A stretch of DNA of 59,747 nucleotides, filler included. It is 5 parts of 5 records of this genome, joined end to end, with 100 filler letters (N's around TTAATTAATTAA, not from the genome) between each part and the next. Parts side by side here need not be neighbours in the genome. Positions count along the whole stretch, not along the records: positions 27,373 to 47,532 come from SRR31156797_1625; positions 47,633 to 52,788 come from SRR31156797_1637; 3 more parts are not named here. One strand, 5' to 3'. The notes below the pieces were generated by a model. It was not told where the DNA came from and ran no database searches. It saw nothing but the letters and a program-made list of their open reading frames with translations. The translations under genes and the position numbers were made by a program. This document shows positions 39,483-47,686 of this stretch, one piece after another (the first letter of the stretch is position 1; each line of letters starts with the position of its first letter).

Positions 39483-41022
39483 TGATCTCAATTTTTAAAA
39501 AATTCGTGGTAATGCGTTTATTGAGCTCGGCTTCTTCTTTGAGTTGGGCTTCAAACTCGGCTTTAAGCTGCGTAAATCTATCGTTAAAATCAAAATCATC
39601 CTCTTCTTCGGCCAGGCCAACGTAACGTCCTGGGGTCAATACATAGTCCAGTTCCTGAACCCTTTGGATGGGCGCCGAGTTGCAAAAGCCTTTCACATCC
39701 TCGTATTCACCATCGGGATTGCGCCAGTTGTGGTAGGTTTCGGTTATCGTTTGTATGTCTTCATCCGAAAGTTCGCGTGTACGGCGGTTGATCAGGTGGC
39801 CCATGTTACGGGCGTCAATAAACAGAATTTCTCCGCTGCGGTCGCGGTATTTGCCGTTTGTCCGGTTACGCCGCATAAACCACAGCGAAGCCGGTATTTG
39901 CGTGTTCAGGAACAGCTTTGCCGGCAGGTTCACAACGCAGTCAATCAGGTTTTCATCAATCAGTGCTTTGCGGATTTCGCCTTCACCACTGCTCTTAGAA
40001 GTTAAAGCACCCTTTGCGAGCACAAACCCGGCCTGTCCGGTTGGTGCCATGTGATACAGGAAATGCTGTATCCAGGCGTAGTTGGCGTTTCCCGTAGGGG
40101 GCACACCGTGTTTCCAGCGGCCATCCTTGCGTAGTAAATCACCGCTCCAGTCGCTAACGTTAAAAGGCGGATTGGCAATAATGAAATCGGCTTTCAAGTC
40201 TTTGTGGGCATCGTTCAGGAACGATCCTTCGTTGTTCCACCTCACCTGCGAACTGTCTATGCCACGAATGGCCAGGTTCATTTTGCACAGCCGCCAGGTG
40301 GTTTGGTTGCTTTCCTGCCCGTAAATGGATATGTCGTTGATTCGCCCCTGGTGTTCCAGTACAAACTTCTCAGACTGGACAAACATACCACCGGAACCAC
40401 AACAGGGGTCGAACACCCTGCCCTGGTATGGTTCAAGCATACGAACCAGCAGTTCAACCACACTGCGTGGCGTGTAGAACTGTCCACCCTTTTTGCCTTC
40501 GGCCAGGGCAAATTCACCTAAAAAATATTCAAAAACGTGCCCAAGCACATCCGCACTGCGGGATTTGGTATCTCCCAAGGCAATGTTTCCTATCAGGTCG
40601 ATCAATTCACCCAGGCTGGTGGGATCGAGGTTTTGCCGTGCATACACTTTGGGTAGCACACCTTTTAATGATGGGTTTTCCCGCTCTATCACATCCATGG
40701 CATCGTCAACAGTCTTGCCGATGGTGGGCTGTTTGGCGTGGCTCATCAGGAACTTCCAGCGTGCTGATGGCGGCACAAAAAATACGTTTTCGGCCTTGTA
40801 TTCGTCTTTGTCTTCAGGGTCGGCACCTTCGTATTCGCCTTCACCGGAAAGCAGCTTTTCGTACAGTTCCAGGAACGCATCGCTGATGTATTTGAGGAAG
40901 ATCAGGCCGAGTACCACATGTTTGTACTCCGCTGCATCTATGTTTTTCCGTAGTTTATCCGCTGATTTCCAGAGTTGTTTCTCCAGGGGTTCCTCTTTAG
41001 GGATTGAGGCTTTCTTTGCCAT
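39475..41022 (-). CDS. hsdM: Type I restriction-modification N6-adenine methyltransferase subunit
   Basis: [27 protein letters not shown] (motif I), NPPF (motif IV), LTPGRYVG. Confidence 0.97.
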   Translation of the reverse strand: MAKKASIPKEEPLEKQLWKSADKLRKNIDAAEYKHVVLGLIFLKYISDAFLELYEKLLSGEGEYEGADPEDKDEYKAENVFFVPPSARWKFLMSHAKQPTIGKTVDDAMDVIERENPSLKGVLPKVYARQNLDPTSLGELIDLIGNIALGDTKSRSADVLGHVFEYFLGEFALAEGKKGGQFYTPRSVVELLVRMLEPYQGRVFDPCCGSGGMFVQSEKFVLEHQGRINDISIYGQESNQTTWRLCKMNLAIRGIDSSQVRWNNEGSFLNDAHKDLKADFIIANPPFNVSDWSGDLLRKDGRWKHGVPPTGNANYAWIQHFLYHMAPTGQAGFVLAKGALTSKSSGEGEIRKALIDENLIDCVVNLPAKLFLNTQIPASLWFMRRNRTNGKYRDRSGEILFIDARNMGHLINRRTRELSDEDIQTITETYHNWRNPDGEYEDVKGFCNSAPIQRVQELDYVLTPGRYVGLAEEEDDFDFNDRFTQLKAEFEAQLKEEAELNKRITTNFLKIEINE

Positions 41023-41060
41023 AAGCTAACAAGGTTAATTTTGATTTTGGTTTGAACTTT

Positions 41061-41068
41061 CAAAGATA
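41061..41068 (-). promoter_or_regulatory. Bacteroidota primary-sigma -7 promoter box for the hsd operon
   Basis: TATCTTTG matches TAnnTTTG, ~40 nt upstream of the hsdM start. Confidence 0.55.
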
Positions 41069-41118
41069 TTGAAATTTTATAGATAGGTAATGTAAATGGC
41101 CGGTAAATTTTTATCTAT

Positions 41119-41145
41119 AAAAAAAGCCCGGACATTGCCGGGCTT
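41119..41145 (-). terminator. Intrinsic terminator ending the backbone transcript
   Basis: AAGCCCGG-CAATGT-CCGGGCTT followed by a T-run on the minus strand. Confidence 0.78.
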
Positions 41146-41173
41146 GAACAATAACCACAGATGAACCATATCT

Positions 41174-41641
41174 TTAATCGATCATCTCCTCGAATTCATC
41201 CTCGATGTCGTTGCCAAGTTCGTTGTCTGGGTCTTTCTGGTTGGCAGTAATGTGTAGGTTATCTTTAATGGCCTCAAAAATGCACTGTTTAATGGTATCA
41301 TCGAATGTGGTATTCGTTAGTGGTTTGTCGATCTCCCGGAGTGTGAAATCAGCATAAATGTAGGTTAACAGTTCGATCTGAGGCTGGGTGAATTTGAGTA
41401 TTATTCCTTTGTATTCATCCGAAGAAAGCTGAATACCGGAGATGCACTGGAGTTTTTCATTTTCGGCCTTTAGCCGCTGGTTATCTTTTTCCAGTTTTTG
41501 TATTTGCTGGCTGTCCAGCAATGCGCGGTTACGCACGAACTTCGACAAGCTAATGTTTAGTTCCTGCGCTGTTTGGTTGAGTTTTGCCTTTTCGGCTGCG
41601 GTCACCTGGAAGGTGATTGTTGTTTTGTTGTTTGGTTTCAT
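41174..41641 (-). CDS. Ribbon-helix-helix (MobC/CopG-like) DNA-binding protein with coiled coil
   Basis: TITFQVTAAEKAKLNQTAQELNISLSKFVRNRAL is an RHH pattern, followed by heptads IQKLEKDNQRLKAENEKL. Confidence 0.65.
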   Translation of the reverse strand: MKPNNKTTITFQVTAAEKAKLNQTAQELNISLSKFVRNRALLDSQQIQKLEKDNQRLKAENEKLQCISGIQLSSDEYKGIILKFTQPQIELLTYIYADFTLREIDKPLTNTTFDDTIKQCIFEAIKDNLHITANQKDPDNELGNDIEDEFEEMID

Positions 41642-41783
41642 AAAATAGTTTAATGTTGGTTTATAATAGGTATTTACTATCCCGATAAGTTTTTAAATGT
41701 ATTGGTTAGTTACGTGCCCATATATAGGGCACGTACTAATTAACGCATAGCGTTTCTTGATTTGGACAACCATGATAATACAG

Positions 41784-43250
41784 TTAAGCAGCCTGATCAT
41801 CAATTACGTTATTTCGTTTTTCATGGTTTTCTGCTTCAGGCAATTTTAAATTGGGATCGTTTTGGTCTGCATCATGGGCGCGCTGATATAATTTAGCTTT
41901 CCCCTTTTGTTTTTGGATGATATAGCCTTCATTAACGTAATAATCCCTAAAAAGACGTGCTTTAGAGTTCCCAAAGGAATCATAGTAAGTTGCAGACAGA
42001 TCACAAATAGCTTTATCCATTTCTGTACTGTTTAATTCTGTGTGACGCGAAAAAATTTCACAAACAGCATTTTTATGATCCATAGCTGCATAGTCGTCTG
42101 GGTCGATTCGACGGGTTGGGCTACCTTCTATTTCACATAGTTCCGGTAGACCATTCTCATTTATTCTAAAAGCAAAAGGGGGAAATTCGATATTTCTACC
42201 GAATTCAGTTTTCACTAAGGAGACCTCCCTATTTGATGAGCTTTTACTTATGTTGATGGTGGATTCGGCTTTGTTAACGATTTCTGAACCAAGGTGGCCA
42301 CGAGCATTTTGGTCATTTTTATTTTGGTGTAATACAACAATGATGCTGATCTCATAATCATGAGTCCAGGTCATTAGCCGATCTACTATCATTGTAGCTT
42401 GGTCAGGGCTGTTTATATCAGTAAGTAAATCCCTAATACCATCAATCACAATCAGGCCAAGATTTGGTGTGTTCTGGATTGCGTATTCAATTAATTTCAG
42501 TCGATTTTCGGTACTTTTGTTTCGCAATTGGAAAACACGTAGGTTTTTTCTTTCGCCCGCTTGCCTTACAATCCGTTCATAAGTTTTATAGACATGGTAG
42601 TTAGATTGTTCAGTGTCAAAATGTAATACCTTTTTTTTACCATGAGGTAGTTCCCCCTTCATATTTAATGTTTCTTGTCCAAGAGCAGCCGCGATAGCAG
42701 CAGTAAGCGCAAATGTTTTCCTTGATTTTGCTTTTCCGATTATCGCGATAAAGTTCCCCAGTGTGGCGACAATTTGTCCGTCGATCCTTAGTGCTACCTG
42801 TGGTGCGCTTGGCGGATTATTATAGTCAAGTTCGGCTTTATTAAGTTCAGACTCTATTGAATCATAAGTATTTATACTGTTACGCATGTTTTGTTTTGAG
42901 GGGATGGACTGGTCATTGATGTTTCGGATGCCAAACTGGTGCTCTCGCTTATAAGCGTTATTAATGCAGCGACGAATTTCTGAGTCTCCAAAGCCTGGTT
43001 GCTGGAATTTAAGTAGTTCAGTTTCGGTTTCATGCTTGGGAATGCCGTATCGATTGCAAACTGAAGCATAGCGGTGAATGTAGTTGTTGCGATTATTGTT
43101 TTTAAATGGTATTTGCATCTTCTGGTGGAATGCATCAAAGATTTGTTTGTCACCAGTTGAATTTTGTTTTTTGTTTTTCTGCCATTTAACTGGTAGGTTC
43201 GATGGTAGTTTGTGAGCTATTTTTTTTCGTAGTTCTTTTGATTTCGCCAT
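41784..43250 (-). CDS. PriCT-like domain plus AAA/RepA-type (SF4-like) helicase
   Basis: RNNYIHRYA...GI...EI...INNAYK (primase C-terminal-like), Walker A GKAKSRKT, FDTEQS, IVIDGIRDL, VLHQNK, RGHLGSE. Confidence 0.8.
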   Translation of the reverse strand: MAKSKELRKKIAHKLPSNLPVKWQKNKKQNSTGDKQIFDAFHQKMQIPFKNNNRNNYIHRYASVCNRYGIPKHETETELLKFQQPGFGDSEIRRCINNAYKREHQFGIRNINDQSIPSKQNMRNSINTYDSIESELNKAELDYNNPPSAPQVALRIDGQIVATLGNFIAIIGKAKSRKTFALTAAIAAALGQETLNMKGELPHGKKKVLHFDTEQSNYHVYKTYERIVRQAGERKNLRVFQLRNKSTENRLKLIEYAIQNTPNLGLIVIDGIRDLLTDINSPDQATMIVDRLMTWTHDYEISIIVVLHQNKNDQNARGHLGSEIVNKAESTINISKSSSNREVSLVKTEFGRNIEFPPFAFRINENGLPELCEIEGSPTRRIDPDDYAAMDHKNAVCEIFSRHTELNSTEMDKAICDLSATYYDSFGNSKARLFRDYYVNEGYIIQKQKGKAKLYQRAHDADQNDPNLKLPEAENHEKRNNVIDDQAA

Positions 43251-43960
43251 AAAGAAAAAAGTTTAGGGTTGATAAAACAATTTGGATCATGGCATAACCA
43301 GCAGGCGCGGGCTATGTCACTGGTTGCAACATCAAGATAGTTGTAAAAGTCGGGATGTTCTTCCTCGATATATAGGGTTACTAATTGATAGAGTTCGTTG
43401 TGGTCTGTAACTGCCGTATCAGGATTATATTTGGCATCGGTGTCGGACAGGATTGCCTTCAAACCATCTCCGCCGGGGGAAGTAAACATTAGTTGCGGGT
43501 CGAGCATTTCATCGCGTGCCAGGGTTTGTTTAACCTGCTCCGGGTCGGGCACATGATCGAAGTCTAACACGATATATGAACTGCGCCAGCGCAGGGCATG
43601 GGACTTGCGTTCACTAAATACTCCGCTGACCGTGAAGAAGTCAAAGCTGTTCTTCTTTAGATGCGAATTAGGGTTATTTCTGTAATCGGCTGTTGTTTTT
43701 GCAAAATAATCTCCTTTGATTACCTCATAGAGCTGCATGATGTCTATTTGGCGATAAGGTATTAGATTGGTTATCGGTGCTCTATAGTAGCTGAATTTGG
43801 GTAAATGAAGTTCATAGTTCCCTTCATATATATCGAACAATAACTTATTATTTACCGGGTAGTTAAACCTTCTTGACAGTTCATCTATCGTGTATACGCT
43901 GTGGTAAATTGCCCTAATCTTACTGTGAATTTGACATGCAATTTCAATTGGTATCTTCAT
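43217..43960 (-). CDS. BT4734/VirE-N family primase-polymerase-like protein
   Basis: FTVSGVF..R, IVLDFDHV, FTSPGGDGLK, D....DIARACWLCHDP. Confidence 0.82.
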   Translation of the reverse strand: MKIPIEIACQIHSKIRAIYHSVYTIDELSRRFNYPVNNKLLFDIYEGNYELHLPKFSYYRAPITNLIPYRQIDIMQLYEVIKGDYFAKTTADYRNNPNSHLKKNSFDFFTVSGVFSERKSHALRWRSSYIVLDFDHVPDPEQVKQTLARDEMLDPQLMFTSPGGDGLKAILSDTDAKYNPDTAVTDHNELYQLVTLYIEEEHPDFYNYLDVATSDIARACWLCHDPNCFINPKLFSLWRNQKNYEKK

Positions 43961-44005
43961 GGTACATAGGTGTTATACCAGGGCATAAAGCCCTGGTTGA
44001 TAATT

Positions 44006-44341
44006 TTAATATTCTTCTGTTGTTAGACTTTCAGCCTGTATAATTGTAAGGTTTTTCACTAATAACACAATATTACGATTCAGTAATTTAGTATCATCAT
44101 AATTCAATATTAAAGCCGTTGATAGGGTAGAGATCAAAGCAACCATATCATCATCACTAAGATAAATGTAATCCGCATTGGCGTAGCCGGATTGGTTCTT
44201 ATCTACAAGTTTATAGAGCATCTCAGCAAAAAGTTGTGAAAAGTTAATGACGCGTAAGTCATTATAAATATTTAGTAACCATGAAAGTGTAAAAATGGTC
44301 TGTTCAAATAATGCGTTGCTTATTATATATTGGTTTCTCAT
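44006..44341 (-). CDS. Hypothetical protein
   Basis: 111-aa ORF between excisionase and primase, co-oriented with the backbone. Confidence 0.5.
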   Translation of the reverse strand: MRNQYIISNALFEQTIFTLSWLLNIYNDLRVINFSQLFAEMLYKLVDKNQSGYANADYIYLSDDDMVALISTLSTALILNYDDTKLLNRNIVLLVKNLTIIQAESLTTEEY

Positions 44342-44566
44342 TGGAAAAAAAATTTTATGTTGTCGAAAATTTATGGTTTTTGAGTTACATTTTTATGCAA
44401 TTTAAAAAATAGGTTATCAGGTGGCCCTCTTTGAATGTTTTTGATGGATTGCTTCAGTTTTAACAAACAGCATGGCATTTGAAAGCGTTGGTTTAGAAGA
44501 ATCTGCTTGACAGCATTCAGATAGTTGTACCGTGAGTAAAGTACCTCAAAATTTACTTTCATACTG

Positions 44567-44830
44567 TTACTTCTTTGTTTTGACCCACTCAAGTAATTCA
44601 TTCTCAAAAAAATACAACTTTTTACCTCGGCGGGTGTGTGGTATTCGTTTTTTGGATGTCAAACCATAAATGGTGTGTTTGGATTTGTGCAGAAACTGTG
44701 CAGCCTCATCAATTGTCATGGGCTTCTGTGATGTCTGTTGATTGTTCTGAATCATTAGTTGTGTTTGCTTGACCAGTGATTCAAGATCGTTGAACCGCTG
44801 GTCGATTTGTAAGAAAGGGTTTGTGCTCAT
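44567..44830 (-). CDS. Excisionase-like helix-turn-helix protein
   Basis: MSTNPF start at 44830; PMTIDEAAQFLHKSKHTIYGLTSKKRIPH.RRGKKLYF...EL..WV; TATATTTG -7 box at 44864-44871. Confidence 0.88.
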   Translation of the reverse strand: MSTNPFLQIDQRFNDLESLVKQTQLMIQNNQQTSQKPMTIDEAAQFLHKSKHTIYGLTSKKRIPHTRRGKKLYFFENELLEWVKTKK

Positions 44831-44966
44831 TTTTTTAATTTTAATTAATAAATAAATGAGCGGCAAATATAGTGAGCGCTTAGGCTGAAGGCCGTACCAT
44901 AAATACCCACAACCCAAAAGAAATTCTGGGTAATTTTGGGTATAATATTACATAAAGTGCGCTGTT

Positions 44967-45962
44967 TTATTGGGATATTATATCTTGAAAAATATTTATA
45001 TAATTTTTGTTTATTATGGATGAGCTTGGTTGAAACAATTTTTCATGCAAATTACCTTTTGTGTAATTAAAGGTATTGTTGTAACGCGTCAAGTATTCTT
45101 TTGCTTTTAAGCCAGCACGGATATGCTCTGAATCAATTAGGACAAAATGGAGGGATGCGATGCTTGAAATTGATTGGATATAGTCAAAATTTTTACCTGA
45201 TTGGGAGCTGTAATTTTTTAGAAACGGTTGATCATTGTTTAGATTTATTGCATTTAGCAGGTTATAAATAAAATTCTCATAGTTTAGTTTTTTTGATACC
45301 CAAATTTCTTTCAGATTCATTTCTGAAGAATCGCTCATATCTTGATTATTATTTTCGTATAGGTAATCCAGGCCTGACACACCATCACTTTTCTCCAGTT
45401 CGATTCTGTTGGGATGCTGTTCGAAAACACCAAGGTAAACATCAACTTTTTTAGCTAATACAATAATGTCTATTTTATGTATAATACTTACCTCAATGAG
45501 TTCGGCAATAATTTTATCCAGTAAATCAATCATCATCAAAAGGTAAAGGCCTGAAAGCTGGGTAGTGTTAAGTTTAACATCTTTTAGGGGGAGTTTTTGA
45601 AAGATGAAATCGGGGTTTTTTATTTTGTCTTGCTGTGGATGATTACGGGCCAGAAGCAAGTAGTATTTTTGCTTGTTTTCCGTAGTATAAAACGCTTTTT
45701 TTTGGCCTCCAATCAACCAGGTAGCATCGCGTAATAATCGCAGATATTCAAGTATTATAGCATGTTTTATTTCAAGCGAACCAGCTTCAATGATGTTTAC
45801 GCTCAATTCATTTTTAAAAGGAACGAAATATTTATTGCTGAAAGAACGTGAATCATACACTTTTTCAAATACTTTCAAAACGTTCTGATCTTCATTTGTT
45901 GATCTTTTGATAAGACCCATCATCTTATGTAGTTTCCCAAATGCATTTAGTTTCATAGCCAA
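44967..45962 (-). CDS. Hypothetical protein co-transcribed with the integrase
   Basis: 331-aa low-GC ORF starting 3 nt after the integrase stop; no family recognised. Confidence 0.6.
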   Translation of the reverse strand: MAMKLNAFGKLHKMMGLIKRSTNEDQNVLKVFEKVYDSRSFSNKYFVPFKNELSVNIIEAGSLEIKHAIILEYLRLLRDATWLIGGQKKAFYTTENKQKYYLLLARNHPQQDKIKNPDFIFQKLPLKDVKLNTTQLSGLYLLMMIDLLDKIIAELIEVSIIHKIDIIVLAKKVDVYLGVFEQHPNRIELEKSDGVSGLDYLYENNNQDMSDSSEMNLKEIWVSKKLNYENFIYNLLNAINLNNDQPFLKNYSSQSGKNFDYIQSISSIASLHFVLIDSEHIRAGLKAKEYLTRYNNTFNYTKGNLHEKLFQPSSSIINKNYINIFQDIISQ

Positions 45963-45965
45963 TTG

Positions 45966-47339
45966 TTAAATCAAGTTCGTAATCATATTTTGAATTTCTG
46001 TATGTTCATCATCGTCAAACTGCCCTAAATAATGGATGGTGGTTTTTAAATCTGCATGGCTTAATTGCTTTTTTATATAGCTGACGGGCACACCCTTTTT
46101 ATCGGCAATGCTTGCCCATGAGTGTCTTGCAGTCATAACCGTAACCGGTTTTTTAATGCCCATCTTATCCGCTATTCTTTGTGTGTAATTACCGGTGGTT
46201 TTTGTTGTGGTAGATAGTTTTCGTATTCGTTCTTTTTCATTCTTCGTATCGTTAAATACAGGCAGTACATAGTTGTATTCGGCTTTGTCTTTGTTTCCGA
46301 TTCGGTCAATGATTTCTTTTATCTGTTTTGAATACACGATTTTTACGGGTTCAGGCTCGCTGCTGCTGTTGTGAGTCTTAGCGCGGTAAAATGTGATAAA
46401 GCCGTCTTTAATATCCCGGTATTTTAATGACAACAGGTCTTTGCTGTTGCAGCCACACAAGTAAAAATGCAGCAGCCATATGTCCAGATAATAGCGTTCT
46501 ATTTCACTGACGGTTTTATAGTTAACAAGTTTTTTAACTTCCTTTTCGTTGAGGGCAACGTAACTGTTTCTTTTTTGGGCAATTATTTTGAACTTCTTTT
46601 CACCGAAAGGGTATTCAAGGCCAGGAAGGGATTTACCGTATTCATTAAAAATTGCCCGGATGTATTTGGCGTAAACTGTAAATGTGGCCGGGGAGTTTAA
46701 TTTCGGCTTTACTGGTGCATATTTATTAGTCAATTGTTTTCTGGAAGACGGATCATTTTTAACGTACCGGTTTAAATGCCATGACTGAAAACGTCTTAAA
46801 AACTGAGGAGTTATTTCGTAAAAAGAAATAACCCGCTTGCCCCTGAATTCAATCAAGCTGTTTAAGCAGGCACTGTACCCGGCTGCAGTTCTGATGCGGT
46901 CGCTTTTTTGTAATTCATCTATGTGCATTTCAAATGCCTGAACAATATTCTCCGGGTTATCATCCTGTTTGTTTTCTCCCTGGAAATATTTTTCTTTAAA
47001 GGCGCTAAAATTAAACACCTCCATCCGCGAAATAAATTGATCAACTTCCTGTGCTTCCTCATTCAAAACCTGCCACAGTCGTTTATAGATTCCATCACGC
47101 ATTGCATTTTTGGCTTTCTCGTAATCCGTTTTCTTCATTGCAAAATCCTCACGCCCATCGTACTGGAAATCCTGAAAGTCCAGGTCGGACAACCGTTCGT
47201 TCATTTTGTGTTTTGATATTCCGTAGTACCGGGTTTTACCCTGATAAGTTATCCTTATTTTTACTGGGTAATAATTATTTGCTTTAGGCTGCCGTTTTTC
47301 AAGTACTATTGAAACCGAAGGTGCTTTGCGTGCGCTCAT
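45966..47339 (-). CDS. Tyrosine recombinase/integrase (Bacteroidota type)
   Basis: Arm-binding N-terminus (YPVKIRITY...YY), SAM-like core-binding region, catalytic R.KT, ARHSWA and LSH....TT.HYL; adjacent to the att site. Confidence 0.93.
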   Translation of the reverse strand: MSARKAPSVSIVLEKRQPKANNYYPVKIRITYQGKTRYYGISKHKMNERLSDLDFQDFQYDGREDFAMKKTDYEKAKNAMRDGIYKRLWQVLNEEAQEVDQFISRMEVFNFSAFKEKYFQGENKQDDNPENIVQAFEMHIDELQKSDRIRTAAGYSACLNSLIEFRGKRVISFYEITPQFLRRFQSWHLNRYVKNDPSSRKQLTNKYAPVKPKLNSPATFTVYAKYIRAIFNEYGKSLPGLEYPFGEKKFKIIAQKRNSYVALNEKEVKKLVNYKTVSEIERYYLDIWLLHFYLCGCNSKDLLSLKYRDIKDGFITFYRAKTHNSSSEPEPVKIVYSKQIKEIIDRIGNKDKAEYNYVLPVFNDTKNEKERIRKLSTTTKTTGNYTQRIADKMGIKKPVTVMTARHSWASIADKKGVPVSYIKKQLSHADLKTTIHYLGQFDDDEHTEIQNMITNLI

Positions 47340-47502
47340 AACGTACTATTGTTGAATTTTTAAGTTTAGCAATTAATTTAGCAAACAAAAGTAGTAATAA
47401 CCGACAAATAACAAAAAACAACCATAAATTTATTATCAACAACCATTTGAAATACAAAAGATTAATAGATGGGTGCTTAATAACCACAAAACCATTCCAT
47501 TA

Positions 47503-47532
47503 ACTGGCAGTCAAGAGGTCATCGGTTCGACT
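47503..47532 (+). repeat. Right att site: duplicated 3' half of tRNA-Ala(GGC) starting at the anticodon loop
   Basis: A-CTGGCAG-TCAAG-AGGTC-ATCGGTTCGACT gives the loop with GGC anticodon, the 3' anticodon stem and the T-arm. The upstream sequence cannot form the 5' tRNA half. Confidence 0.88.
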
Positions 47533-47632
47533 NNNNNNNNNNNNNNNNNNNNNNNNNNNNNNNNNNNNNNNNNNNNTTAATTAATTAANNNNNNNNNNNN
47601 NNNNNNNNNNNNNNNNNNNNNNNNNNNNNNNN
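47533..47632. other. Artificial contig linker
   Basis: N-run, TTAATTAATTAA, N-run. Confidence 0.98.
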
Positions 47633-47686
47633 GGCCGGCAAAGTGGAAAATAGAAGGTAAAAAATGAATGTTAATCTACTTGTCAT
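47633..47686 (-). CDS. Start of a secreted protein (truncated at contig edge)
   Basis: MTSRLTFIFYLLFSTLPA is signal-peptide-like; its ATG overlaps the end of the upstream gene. Confidence 0.5.

Larger units (their letters stand above)
27373..47532. mobile_element. ~20.1-kb tyrosine-integrase integrative element targeting tRNA-Ala(GGC), carrying a type I RM operon and cargo
   Basis: Both contig ends carry the 3' part of the same tRNA (16-nt terminal redundancy GGTCATCGGTTCGACT). The integrase sits next to the right end, followed by excisionase, primase and helicase genes. Confidence 0.88.

Noticed and set aside
31694-41029. Many plus-strand ORFs of 60-180 aa opposite hsdR/hsdS/hsdM
   Set aside because: Antisense shadows of well-supported genes with no independent motifs.
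43977-43997. ACCAGGGC/GCCCTGGT hairpin upstream of the primase gene
   Set aside because: Real, but most simply an ordinary terminator or processing stem; there is no further evidence for a special role.
27373-47532. Prophage or conjugative transposon
   Set aside because: No structural, terminase, lysis, relaxase or type IV secretion genes were recognised between the att sites.
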